45,671 bases of DNA, from contig NC_068987.1 in the NCBI RefSeq assembly GCF_001194135.2, forward strand, positions 634,831-680,501. Direction: 5' to 3'. The notes under the pieces are model-generated. The model made no database searches and was not told where the DNA came from. It saw only the letters and a list, made by a program, of their open reading frames with translations. The translations under genes and the position numbers were made by a program. This document shows positions 12,742 through 25,251 of this stretch, piece by piece. Source of the DNA: Octopus bimaculoides. Its lineage: Eukaryota. How positions within the stretch are numbered: the first letter of the stretch is position 1; each line of letters starts with the position of its first letter.

Positions 12742-12829
12742 CTGTGAAATGCAGTTTGTACGATGTTATTGAAAGAAGATTTCACGGTTGCTGCCGTTTG
12801 GGATTCATATCTACTGGACCATGACTGAC
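12742..12829 (-). CDS. Candidate exon A of a duplicated pair (88 nt, phase 1 to 2)
   Basis: Acceptor cttgttgtttaaccctag|G, donor CAG|GTATTT. Only one frame is open: (G)QSWSSRYESQTAATVKSSFNNIVQTAFH(R). Similar to exon B. Confidence 0.55.
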
Positions 12830-13199
12830 CTAGGGTTAAACAACAAGTACAACAACATCCAAATGTTTTGACAAGATGTCAAATATTCACAACTATATTT
12901 GTTGGCTTTAAGTTATTCCCCCAGCGGTTGCAATAGCAACTGCTTCCATTTTTCCATCGTCTAAATCCACTTGTATATTGTGAAACTGAAAAATGTCAGC
13001 GCACCCCCCTCCGCATCTTCTTCTCAAGTCTAAAGTGTAATGAGATTAACTCTGACCGTTACTTTCTCATGTCTCCTCGTCACCACCTTCACCGCCACCA
13101 CCACCACTACCACCGCCGCCGCCACCACTAACACCGCCACCACTAACACCGCCACCGCCTCTGTCGTAGACTCGAACTAATTCCGAACATTTCAATTAC

Positions 13200-13317
13200 A
13201 TTTCTGAACAATCTTCTCATCTCAAGTGTCATCTGCTGAGCTTTCATCACTCTAATCTTCCATCGCCACAACACATAGAGAAGCCATTTATCACACGCTG
13301 TGAGATATTCGCTAATG
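13200..13317 (-). CDS. Candidate exon (strong acceptor, weak donor)
   Basis: Long pyrimidine tract ctctttttcgccctcgctctctcgtcag|; open frame ISEYLTACDKWLLYVLWRWKIRVMKAQQMTLEMRRLFRN; donor AAT|GTAATT is uncertain. Confidence 0.25.
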
Positions 13318-13851
13318 CTGACGAGAGAGCGAGGGCGAAAAAGAGAAAGAGGTGAGAGAGAGAGGGAGACACTCATACACATACAGAGACAGACATAAAG
13401 AGAGAGAGAGAGAGGAAGACTCAGTCATAAGAATAAAGTTGTCTCATTGATTACTTTAATCTTCTGCTAATCCAATTACCCTCCTAATACAATAGCCAGC
13501 AGCACTTCACGTTGTTTCTCAAACATACAGCACAACACAACAGTAATAAGAATAATAAGACTGTAATGTAGCGTGTCATATACTTAACGATTAGTTTAGT
13601 GTGTAAACGTGTCATCATTTGATTGGATACTTACGAAGAGTAGGGGCGGGGGGGGCAGAGAAGGAAGTCGCCGTGCGAACATTTGACCAGCTAGAAATAG
13701 CGGCCAAAGCTCAATCTGAAATTACCGCCTTCGAAATGAGAAGGAACTATTAGATAATGTAGTCCTAGATACATTATGTCTGATAATAAGAGATTGGAGT
13801 AGAAACTGGTTACATCACAAAACAAAGATGGTGCTGAATAATTACACATAC

Positions 13852-13884
<33 letters not shown>

Positions 13885-14293
13885 NNNNNNNNNNNNNNNN
13901 NNNNNNNNNNNNNNNNNNNNNNNNNATATATACACATACATACATACATATACATGTACACATATGTATGTGCATGTATATATATATATATATAGAAAGT
14001 AGTTGTATGCTGTCAAATTAATGTGACAGTCCCACGAAGGGAATAATACTACTGCTATTTAGCCCTAGGAAGCAGCACCGCTTCTTGTCAGCCATGACTC
14101 ATTTCCTGTGTCCTTATGTTTACGAGGAGGAGATGAGCATCTCCACCCAGCTAAGCCTGCACCCAGAGACTAGTTTCTGAGCCATTGCTCGTCTTCAGTC
14201 TGGAGTAGCATGGCTTTCTAGTTGGAGATGCACGAATGAAAACAAAGATGATCACGTGAGGAAAAGAAAGATGGGTGATGGTCAATTGTGAGC

Positions 14294-14352
<59 letters not shown>

Positions 14353-14457
14353 AGTGTAGGGTAGAGTTGGATCAAAAATATTAAGATAAACTTACTTGGA
14401 AATGAATGCGTGGCATTCAATCAAATGATATATAAATGATATATATATATATATATC

Positions 14458-14489
<32 letters not shown>

Positions 14490-15097
14490 CATATATATAT
14501 GTACATACATACATATATATGTATATAGATATGCATATATAAGTACATAAAATAAATATGTTAGATTAAGCCTTAGTGAAAGTTTTAGAAGGAAAAATAG
14601 GAGTAAAAAAACCATGTTCGGAGCATGGTTCTTCGTCGCTTAAATCCATTTCCTGAAAAAAAAAAAGAAAAAACAAAGTGGTCGAAAACTACTATTAATC
14701 AAGATTTAATATCAGTTAGTTGTTTAAAACAACTTATAATATTTAATCCCGCCATTCTAATGTATAATGCGTTGATAACTGAAATGGAGTCAACAGAAGT
14801 GATTAACACACGCTGTGGCTGCTGTTGGAATCCATGTTGCTGTCTACCTAACTTTTGGTTACTATTGGTGATATATTTTATTTCATAATTCAGTTATATG
14901 CAACTAATTTATTTGGATTCTCTGCTAAATGTTTGAATGTTTTCTCTCTTATATTCGTGTTCCCATTGTTACCATCATGTTATTCTCTACTTAAATAGTA
15001 TCACAGTTATACAAGTGTTTGTTTTGTCACAACGGTTAAATGGATTTTCTATAATACGCGTTATTTCTTTCTGACAAACTGTTGTGCCAATGTCTAC

Positions 15098-15183
<86 letters not shown>

Positions 15184-15500
15184 CTCTCTCACACACACAT
15201 ATGCATACGTAATAAATTCACAAGAAAGTAAGATTAGACTAGGATTTAAAAACGTGTATTACTGCTTCTAATTGAGTGACTTCGTGGATGTGTGCATTTG
15301 ATTATGTATGTATGTATATATACATATTTGTGAGTGACCATGTATATATATATGTGTGTATGAGGGCAGTATATTTGTATGTGTTAGTGCCAAGTTATGT
15401 ATCTGTATGCGTTTTAATTTTACAGATCTGTACACTCAAGCGCAGTTACATACACTTATACTTAAATTCACGTGCATACAGTAATAAACGCACGTATACA

Positions 15501-15557
<57 letters not shown>

Positions 15558-15639
15558 CCTCCTTATTTGTTCTTCTATTTCGAAAATGAGCACCGGTCCA
15601 TCTTTTAGCTCTTTTTAACGAGGGTTAACCGAATAACCG

Positions 15640-16070
15640 AACAATCGCTACTTCTTTCGCATCTATCATTGATCCGGTATGTTTTCATAAGCAAGATATC
15701 TAGAGAATTGGTGGTATTTCATTCTAACAGACGTACACGGCGTATCCCAAGCATCTACGAAAGTGGAGCATTGGCTTGGATTCTAGTGAGTGAGAGCTGC
15801 AGCATTTCTAAGCCTTAACTTAATTATTTTCATTAATGTTAAAGATAAGTTGAGGCAATCAGAGATATAACTATGGTGTGTTGGGTTGATCAAATGCTGT
15901 CTCCGTACCCACCGCTCTCTGAGCTTGGTGTCTGAGGGTGATATTGGTAGATATTGTCGTTTTGCACGTTGAAAATTGTTCCTAATTGGCTGGCTTTTCT
16001 CCACACGGTTCTGCGGGTATCCAGACTTCATAACAATAACGTGACAGATGCTTGAAGAATTCAATTGAGA
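15640..16070 (-). mobile_element. Decayed Penelope-like element, post-RT / GIY-YIG region
   Basis: VMKSGYPQNRVEK resembles the PLE motif L..NGYP..FI.K, and TSVRMKYHQ resembles the GIY-YIG segment L..R..EH. Highly degenerate. Confidence 0.4.
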
Positions 16071-16295
16071 GGTTCACACTTGTTGGCCACACTTACTGAA
16101 GTATATACGACATCACATTGATTTTTCGCGAATAAAGCAGAAGGGAATCATTGTTGAATTTGGGGTTTGTGGAATCACGGATGATAGGTGGGGGCCAGTT
16201 GAGGAGAGGGGCAGAATTAAAAGAAATCTCAGAAGGAATTGGTAGGGCCTATACCGATGATACTGTCAGGATTCAATCTTTATACTTGTCCTCTA

Positions 16296-16411
<116 letters not shown>

Positions 16412-17169
16412 TCATACACATATGTCCATGAGCTGCATATTTGTTGTTTGTCTATGTGTGTTTGTGTGCATGCGTGCGACATACATATACATACGCACAA
16501 ATACATACACAAATCAGTTATGAAACCCGTTCATTCGTTCTCAATCAACACTAAATAATTAAGCAATAAAAGTTTGTAAATAAATTACAGTTAATTGATT
16601 TACTATCAAAAGTGAAAAATACAACGTTTCGGGTATTTGTTCTTCATCAGAAACAATGAATATAGAAAAATCAGATAAAACCAACTACGACAACTTCCGT
16701 TACATTTCTCCCTTCTGAGGTTTGTGGTTTAAAACAGTTTGGTTGTATATCTGCTGTTCGCTTGCTTCTAATATATCTATGAACCAATTGAATGTTATAA
16801 GTTCAAACATATTTAGAAATAATCAATAAGAACAATAAAAATATTAATACTTTCGAAAAGTCCGTGTCTATTGCACTTCTATCTTTTCAGTACGTCAGGA
16901 GAGCGATCGAGTTACAGAAAAATAAATGAATTATCCCAAAATGGAAACGAGATTGAAATGCAGGCGCGCGAACACACACTCGGAGATACACACATGCACA
17001 CACTCAGATTGAAATTCTTTCAGATATTACTTGTTATTATGATAGGTACCTGTTCATGTGATATAGTACAATAGTACAACTATTGCAGTGAAATACTAAC
17101 CACACATACATTATATACATATATATATATACATACACATGTTTCTGATATCAGTTTCGCACTACTCAC

Positions 17170-17254
17170 CTCATTTTGGGTGATAAACTATCTGTTTCAA
17201 ATTTTTGTTTCGTTCAGCTTCGTTTCTTCGTCCTCTAAATTAGACGTTAAGTTC
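17170..17254 (-). other. Candidate non-coding exon, possibly ending in a start codon
   Basis: tttttatacgcattcag| ... CCCAAAATGAG|GTGAGT. All three frames contain stops; it ends in AAA-ATG-AG. Confidence 0.3.
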
Positions 17255-18010
17255 CTGAATGCGTATAAAAATGCGGACTAGAATCGATATCAGAACCTTT
17301 ATTTCTAAACTAACGAGGTCACTAACACATCTACATATAATTTCATATGCCTAGATTATTTGATCTCCTCTCAAGTCCGCCGTATTATTTTCATGTTAGC
17401 GTTCACTTAAACGAATGTCTTCGAAATCATGGTTGTATTTTCTGCTTATTTAGCTGCACTTTCTAGCAGTTATTTGCTACCTTGTTGGCTGAGAAGCTTT
17501 TGCAACTGAGAGGCGTCGAACTGTGTGTGTACAGTAAGAGTTATAGCTCTTTAAACTATTGCCCAATCCATTTTTTAGTTCTGTCATTCGCAGATGTCTC
17601 CGATAATTCTTGTAATTACAACAGAACCAGGCTTCCATCGACCATTACTTCAAAGGTTTCTTAATTAACACACCTTTGTGGTGTTTAATGCCTACAGGTA
17701 GATATGGACAGGTAAAAACCTACACACATACATACACACAACTACATGTATACAGAAAGATATATGCCCGACTCTGTACGGATGTGGCTGTGTGATAATC
17801 GAGTGATATGAAAACTAATTGCCAGTTTGTGTGTGTGTGAATATAAGTGCGTATATGTGTGTGTGCGCGCGTGCGTATGTATCATCAGTGTTGGAGTGTC
17901 AAGATTTCTAATGCTGAAGGAAATGGAGTTGTTGAAGAAGCACCGCCACCACTTCCGTCTCTCCCTCTGTCTTTATCATTTCGGGTTTCTCTGTATTTGT
18001 GTCTGTGTTT

Positions 18011-18012
<2 letters not shown>

Positions 18013-18091
<79 letters not shown>

Positions 18092-18111
18092 GAGAGAGAG
18101 AGAAAGAGAGA
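18013..18111. repeat. (GA)n microsatellite followed by (GATA)/(GACA) tetramer repeats
   Basis: Direct reading. Confidence 0.97.
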
Positions 18112-18419
18112 TGGATAGATAGATAGACAGACGGACAGACAGACGGACAGATGAGTAGATAGATAGATAGATAGATAGATAGACAGGCATTTTTGGGCAG
18201 ACAGACAAACAGGCAAACAGACTGACAGACAGACAGACAGACAGACATATAGATAGAGATATAGAGAGAAAGGTAAATAGACAGACCCATCTACTAAACT
18301 TACTAATATCGATATATCGATATTACCATTGCCATTTCAGTTTAAAAAGTTATATGCTTTTACTGCCTGTTTAACTTCCTTCCTATATGTGTGTGAGCAT
18401 GTGTGTGCGTATGTTCGTA

Positions 18420-18473
<54 letters not shown>

Positions 18474-18683
18474 CTTGTGTGTGCATATGGTTGTGTGTCT
18501 ACGCATGTTTCTACCTGTCGGTTTACCTATTTATTTCAACCGAGCCATTTACCATCCAACAATCATCTAATTGTACACAGCATCTACATGGCCATATACC
18601 GTTATATATATTTATATTTCGGCAACATAGCTACACACGTGCTGTTGACGATTTCGTTTCATGTCGTGTATACTCACACACAC

Positions 18684-18764
<81 letters not shown>

Positions 18765-18786
18765 CACACACGCACGCACGCACGCG

Positions 18787-18871
<85 letters not shown>

Positions 18872-18874
18872 GTG

Positions 18875-19048
18875 TGACTGTGCGTGTGTTCGTTTTTGTC
18901 TGTGTTGTCCTCACCGTCACCGCTTGACGAGCGGTTCGGCAAAAAGGATCGATAGGATATAGACCAGGCTGACAAAATAAATCCTGAGGTCGACTTTCAG
19001 GCGGTGCTCCAGCATAGCCGCAGTCAAAATTATTGAAAAATGTAAAAG
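18875..19048 (+). mobile_element. Octopus SINE, 3' part with internal deletion
   Basis: CGCTTGAC..AGCGGTTCGGCAAAA..GATCGATAG..GGCGGTGCTCCAGCATAGCCGCAGTC; homologous to the copies at 26.9 kb and 45.2 kb. Confidence 0.85.
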
Positions 19049-19480
19049 CATAGAAGAATGTTCTGTTAGTTAATTGCGAAATACGAAGATGTTCGTAAAA
19101 AAGGGTTAAAATAAGTGAAATCTGAAATTTGAAATTCCAAACGTCGTAACTAATTAGCAAAAGACAGCACCAATTATGACTAATAAGTAAATATAAGCTC
19201 ATTATAATAATTATAATGATTTCCTCATTTGTGTTTTTGTTTTAGACTTATTCGACAATTCTAATAAAATACACATAAATTGAATTATTCTGTAACAGGT
19301 TAGTTTTAACTGTAGTGGAGGAAGAGTTACATTAATTATTTGAAAGTCGAGAATTGTGGCGGATATTTTTGTGTTGAAAAAGTTTAATGTTTCTCCCTTT
19401 CCTCCTTCTCTCTTTGAGACTGGAACACGGTGGGAGTTATGACGTGATGTCTATTCGAAACTTTGATTCTTTTAGCTTAC

Positions 19481-19532
19481 CTGTCGAAATGATGGGCACA
19501 TGTGTCTACCTTGCCGATCATTTATTCTCAGT
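19481..19532 (-). CDS. Candidate 52-nt exon (phase 2 to 0)
   Basis: Near-consensus sites ccctctctcttcccaatacag| and CAG|GTAAGC. Only one frame is open: LRINDRQGRHMCPSFRQ. Confidence 0.5.
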
Positions 19533-20261
19533 CTGTATTGGGAAGAGAGAGGGGGAGGTAAATGATTTAGATAGGTAGGGAGGTGGCTAGGTGGCTAGGT
19601 ATTTATGGCTGTAGGGTTTTAGATAGGTGGGTAGAGGGCAGGCTCGGTTGATATAGGGGTAGATTGGCAAATAGGTGTATAAATGTAGAGATAGGCAGGT
19701 GGCTGGTTGGCTGGGAAGACAGATAGAGAGTTATGTAGGGGGACGTAAGTGGATTATCAGATAGATGGGTGGGTGGGGAGCNNNNNNNNNNTAGATGGGT
19801 AGCTAAGTAGAAAGTTTATTTGATGACCAGATGTATTATTAAATATACCTCGGCCATGACCATCACGTCCTTGTATATATAGGGAAAAGTACTTGCTCTA
19901 ATATATCCTTATTCAAGACAGCAAGACGTATTTTGATGAGGATTTAACTGCTATTTCTAGCAGGCTGTGCAACAACAATAATACCAAATGGTATAATCAC
20001 ACATCACAAGGTCCATTAGACAATGACAGATGTTCGATTCCCTGCAAACCGATTGTCCAAACTATGTATGACATCAAATTGAACTTTTGCAATAAAGAGG
20101 AACTGCTAAAATTACGTTTGTGATGTTCTGCTTGTGTTGTGTCACCGGAAATGCGTTTGGCGTGTGGAACTAAAATTGGTTTACAAATGCCAGAGACCAG
20201 TGTCACTTGCAATGTATCTGATTATTGGCCTTATTTCACCCTTGTGTCTAATAAAGTTTAC

Positions 20262-20358
20262 CATTACGAATAAAGGTTTCGCACACTATCTCTGCCCATG
20301 CCTGGCTTCTTGTTTTTAAAACGTGGCAATTGAGTCCATGGGATTTGTTCTTCTCTTT
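20262..20358 (-). CDS. Candidate exon with two open frames
   Basis: Acceptor gctaacattttctag|. Phase 0 gives KEKNKSHGLNCHVLKTRSQAWAEIVCETFIRN with donor G|GTAAAC. Phase 1 gives REEQIPWTQLPRFKNKKPGMGRDSVRNLYS with donor TC|GTAATG at 20268. Confidence 0.35.
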
Positions 20359-20699
20359 CTAGAAAATGTTAGCCCACAAAACTTCCAAAGCTCCCGTTAA
20401 GTGGTCTTTTCAGGGTAGAGATAGATAGATAGAGAGAGAGTCACCCCCTTATAAGACTAATGTAAGTCAGTGCTCATTTTCGTTTTTTAATATATTTGGC
20501 CAAGAAGATATAGTTCTTATGAATACAATTTTTGCCACTGGTCCATTGTGGACTGTGGTTTGTTCCAATTCAAATTTTCGACATGGGTGGTCATGGAGAT
20601 TCCTCATTGAGTGAAATAGCCTTCATGTGTGCACTTGTTTTGCTTGGCGACGTCAGTGTATGAGTGTTGATGTTATTCTTGTTACTACTGTCGCCTTAC

Positions 20700-20836
20700 G
20701 AATTCACAGAATCACTTAATAAACTAGATTTTCTTTTTTCTGATAACACAATGTCTTCCTTTTCCAGTCGTGCGTATATTTTTGCAAAAGTGGTCTGTTT
20801 GGAACTCTCTGCTTCGTATTTGGCATAATTGTTTGC
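20700..20836 (-). CDS. Candidate 137-nt exon (phase 0 to 2)
   Basis: tgtttttttaatcttttttaag| ... TC|GTAAGG; frame ANNYAKYEAESSKQTTFAKIYARLEKEDIVLSEKRKSSLLSDSVN(S). Joins in frame to 19481-19532. Confidence 0.45.
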
Positions 20837-21111
20837 CTTAAAAAAGATTAAAAAAACATTTCCCTTTGATAGGAATTGCCTTGCAGATTGGTCACCAATC
20901 CCAATGTAGTCGAACTAATCACAGAACAAAATGCTGGAATAAATTTGAAGTAATTTTTTTTACGAAAAACAGAAGTAAAAACATTCGTCTTGTGAAAACA
21001 GTTAAACAACAAAAACACAAAAAATATTAATCCATGTTTTTTTTTTGCAAAGCAGGAGTTAATATCGAACGAGACAGAAGAAGTTAATATCCAAACAACC
21101 TGAAGTTGAAG

Positions 21112-21148
<37 letters not shown>

Positions 21149-21607
21149 AATAAGATGTTTGCCAAAATTTTCTTTTAAATAAAAAAAAATAATTATAGTA
21201 ATCAAACTGATTGTCATTATATACAGGTTTACACGTGTAAAATATTAACCAATATTTGAAGGTTTGGGAAAACAGTTTTCTATAAATCAATAACGAGATC
21301 GAACGAATACCACGTCCACTCCAGCCAAACACAACAATAGCAATAATGGTTTCAACTTTTAGTACAAGGCCAGCAATTTAAAGGAGGGGGAGTTACACGA
21401 TTATATCGGGTCCTGTATGTGACTGGTACTATTGAACGTAAAGCAAAGTTGATCTTGGTTTTCTTCCCTTTGGAGTCGATAAAATAAGGTAGAGTCAGAT
21501 AGTGGGAGTCAATAGGATCGACCAACTTCGACCCTTAAAAATTTCTGGTCTTGACACTAAAATAGAAACCTATAATAATGATTAGAATAGTTTTAAATTT
21601 TGGCTCA

Positions 21608-21830
21608 AGACCAGCAATTTTTACAAAGAGGGCTTCAACTGGTACTTAATTTATTGACCCCGAAAGAATGAACGGCAAAGTCGACCTTGGCTGAATTTGA
21701 AATCAAAACGTAAAGACTTAAGCATTTCGTCCTGCGTGCTAACGATTCTGCCAGCTCAACACTTTAAATGTAATAATAATAATAACAATAATAATCCTTT
21801 CTACTATAGGCACAAGGCCTGAAAGTTAGT
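21608..21830 (-). mobile_element. Octopus SINE fragments separated by an (AAT)n tail
   Basis: CTGGTACTTAATTTATTGACCCCGAAAGAATGAACGGCAAAGTCGACC...GAATTTGAA...GATTCTGCCAGCTC, then a second 3' end, CCTTTCTACTATAGGCACAAGGCCTGAAA. Confidence 0.8.
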
Positions 21831-21970
21831 GAAGAGAAAAATGAAAAAATACTCCCCCCCACCGAAAATGAGATGAGAAAATGACGAGGAAAAGCTTAAT
21901 AGAGGAATGTGTGTGTGTGTGTGTGTGAGTGTGTGTGTGAGTGTGTGTGAGTGTGAGTGTGTGTGTGTGA

Positions 21971-22012
<42 letters not shown>

Positions 22013-23046
22013 AAAATACCGAGGGATGTGTCTCCCCCACCGCTCGGATTTAAGATTATCTTGGGTACTAAGCTCGAAAACGCTTCACAAGGCAACATAA
22101 CTACGTCTACACATGGCTTTAGTCTCCCTGGTGGTCACCTTTATATTTCTCTGTCTCGGAGTAGGGGCTACGTTGTAGTTTGGCTCAGCTGATGGTCACC
22201 TGGTGGTCGAGTACAAGCGTTATTTAATGAAGTACAGGAAACACTACTTTAAGCCTTACACCTTTCAATCGACAGAATTTTTCCCGATATTTCTTAGAAT
22301 TCTTTCATTTGCTGTTTTGACGGTAGGTAGAACACATTATCATCCTTCTTAAAAAACAAAAAAACAAAAGACGTTATTTTTCTCTTCAGATCCTCGACCA
22401 AAGTGATTTTGTCTCATTTATCAAGATTCGCTCCAGGGTTATTTTTTTTTCTGGGAACTTTATCAAATCTAAGTACTTCATCTCTGTAACAACAGATACA
22501 AAACTAGTTGTTTTAACACGGCTACAATGTCTAAGAACTAATATATTTCTCTGTGTTAGCTGTGTTTAAGACGTATCTCTAATTTAGTTGTATGTATATT
22601 TTATTCTATGGTCATTGCTATCATTCATAAATGAAACAGCTTAGAATATATCTTTCTAATAAATGTATATTTAAATGATGATATGTTCCCTTTTGTGTAG
22701 TGTCATTCTGTAGTTCAGCTTTGTTTTTGCATTATTTTCTTGTTGTTGTTGTGTATCTGCGCTATTGTGCTTTGCGCGAGTTCTCTAGCAGATGTCTGCA
22801 GACATTTTTAAACGGAAATATCGTCAAAATGCCGAAGTAAGTACAAAATGGAAGTTGCTAAGATAAATGTTTTTTTTCTTTTATCTTCTCTGGGCATCGG
22901 CGGCAGACAACCACAGCTAACTCATACCTTTATTGGCAAAGTACTCTAGAGACAGAAGTATCGTTTGATTATGCTTGAAATAAAGTCGAGTCTAGAAATC
23001 AGCGAAAAAAGAAGGTCACACTCAATGGAGATCAACAACAACAACA

Positions 23047-23181
23047 ACCCTTTCTACTGAAGGCACAAGACCTGAAATTTGGTGGGAGGGGACCAGTCGA
23101 TTACATGGACCCTAGTATTTCACTGGTACTTAATTTATCGACACCGAAAAGATGAAAGGCAATGTCGACATCACCGGAATT

Positions 23182-23188
<7 letters not shown>
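23047..23188 (-). mobile_element. Octopus SINE, 3' fragment
   Basis: CCCTTTCTACTGAAGGCACAAGACCTGAAATTT...CTGGTACTTAATTTATCGACACCGAAAAGATGAAAGGC; matches the 21.6 kb and 38.6 kb copies. Confidence 0.85.

Positions 23189-23243
<55 letters not shown>
23184..23243. repeat. (AAT)n microsatellite
   Basis: About 20 perfect units. Confidence 0.98.
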
Positions 23244-24719
23244 TCCTTGTTGGCCCCAAAGGCCGCAAATTCATTTAGGACCATACAAAGGCAAAATACG
23301 CGCAAGCAATTAAAAACAATTAATAAAAGTCTCAAACAAAGAAATCACTTAATGAGGGAAACTACCCCGGGTCAGCCAGGAAGCCCCACAAATCCCAAGC
23401 CTGCTACTCTCTCCACCTTATTCCTTAGCCTTGAGACGCCAGCTTAGAATAAACCCAACCACTTGACTCCATCTCGCCATATTTACTTACCTTTCAACAT
23501 ATCTGCTAGAAATAGCAGCCAAATCAATTGCATATTTCACATGAACGTTTTTACAAAAAAAGCGAAACTCATCGACTTATATAGTCCTAGATAAACTATG
23601 CTTTAACAAGACAGACAAGATGCTTACGGTAGAAAGTCTTACATCATAGATTTTCTTGATCAATGCTAAGACCAAACAACCACAATAACAACAACATTAT
23701 CAGCTGACCCCACGACCACCACCAACGCATATAAGCCATCACGTAGACTTGATAAATTAAATCACACCAGACTTAGAATATCATGTTCACTTGCACGAAT
23801 TGATTGCCCACCTCTGAACACCTTATAGAAGAAGCTACAGGACAAAACTACTGATAGATGTGCATTTTAGTTACAAGTACAAACATTTTAAATACTTGAT
23901 ATCGTTTCAAATCAATAGAAAACCATTATTAGAATCTCGGTAGTTGTTCTCTTTCGAAAAGATCATTAAATACACAATTCGGCTCTGAAAACGTCTTTCT
24001 CACCGACCCACTTCTCCCTCTCTTTCATTTCTCCAACACAAACACCATTGCATTTCCTCTTCGTTCTTCATTACATCACCTCCCACCTCTTCCAAAACAG
24101 AGATGTATAAATAAATATGTAACCCCTACTTAGAGAAAGTAATTCCTTTGACTGCCAACATAATTAAGAATCGGCAGTGTGTCTATGATTGGTAAGTCAG
24201 TGCTATCATAGATGACAGAACAAAAAGCCAATATATTGGAATTAATTAATAATTATGCCCATAGTGAGGAGAACTAATCACTATTCTGAAGGTTGAATCT
24301 GGTCAAGACTGGCAAGGGGGATAATCCCTGTAGTTATTCTAAATAAAATTTATTGAAAATTGGAAGTAGGAATGGAGCCGGGATGGTGTTTGATTTTTGG
24401 TAGAAACAGTGAAAACTATAGACAAGTTTCAGTATTCTTTGAGCTGATAAGTGAAGCTGAGTCTTGTAATGCTGGCCTGACACCAAACGACCGACAGAGA
24501 TAAGGGATTTTAATGAAAAACATGCAAAGGTATGACAGACCTTCTTTATAAACATCTGAAATATCTAAATTTAACGGTCCTTATAATAAGAATGACATTA
24601 ATGTAGTGAAATATTAAATACACCAAAATATTCTTTTAGTTTTACATTGAATAGTCAATGGGGTGGTGGATGTTAGAGAGCAGAACACTTAGGTATATGT
24701 GTGCGTGTATATTTATAAG

Positions 24720-24809
24720 TATGTATATATGTATGCAAGTATGTATGTGTGTATGTATGTATGTATGTATGCATGTATATGCAAGTATGTATGTATGTAT
24801 GTACGTACG

Positions 24810-24862
<53 letters not shown>

Positions 24863-24900
24863 GTCTGTCTGTCTGTCTATCTATCTGTCTGTCTCTCTGT
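24720..24900. repeat. Compound (TATG)/(TATC)/(TGTC) tetranucleotide microsatellite
   Basis: Direct reading. Confidence 0.95.
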
Positions 24901-25215
24901 ACTATGGTGCATTAATGTGTATGAATATATATCACACAATAGATACTTGAATTCTTCCACCAGTTGACGATAACACAGTGCACAATCTGCAGCAACTTCT
25001 GTAGACAAGAATGGCAAAAATCTATTAAGAATCTAAAATGTCTTCACCGAATTTCATATTTAAATTGAAGCAAATTATTTTGCGTTTTTTGTTTGTTTTA
25101 CAATATTTATTTCTACTTAAAGCATTTAGATTTCTCAAATGAAAACCCTTCTTTCACTTGCATGTTTTTTTAATTTCATTAAACACTTTCTCGTTCTTAT
25201 ATTATATACAACAAT

Positions 25216-25251
<36 letters not shown>

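Noticed and set aside
19560-19781. G-rich stretch with possible G-quadruplex potential
   Set aside because: It is a degenerate (TAGG/TAGA) microsatellite with irregular G-runs and no sign of function.
20848-21165. 105-aa minus-strand ORF and a strong acceptor near 21100
   Set aside because: It is driven by poly(T) and low-complexity sequence, with no nearby donor and no recognisable protein.
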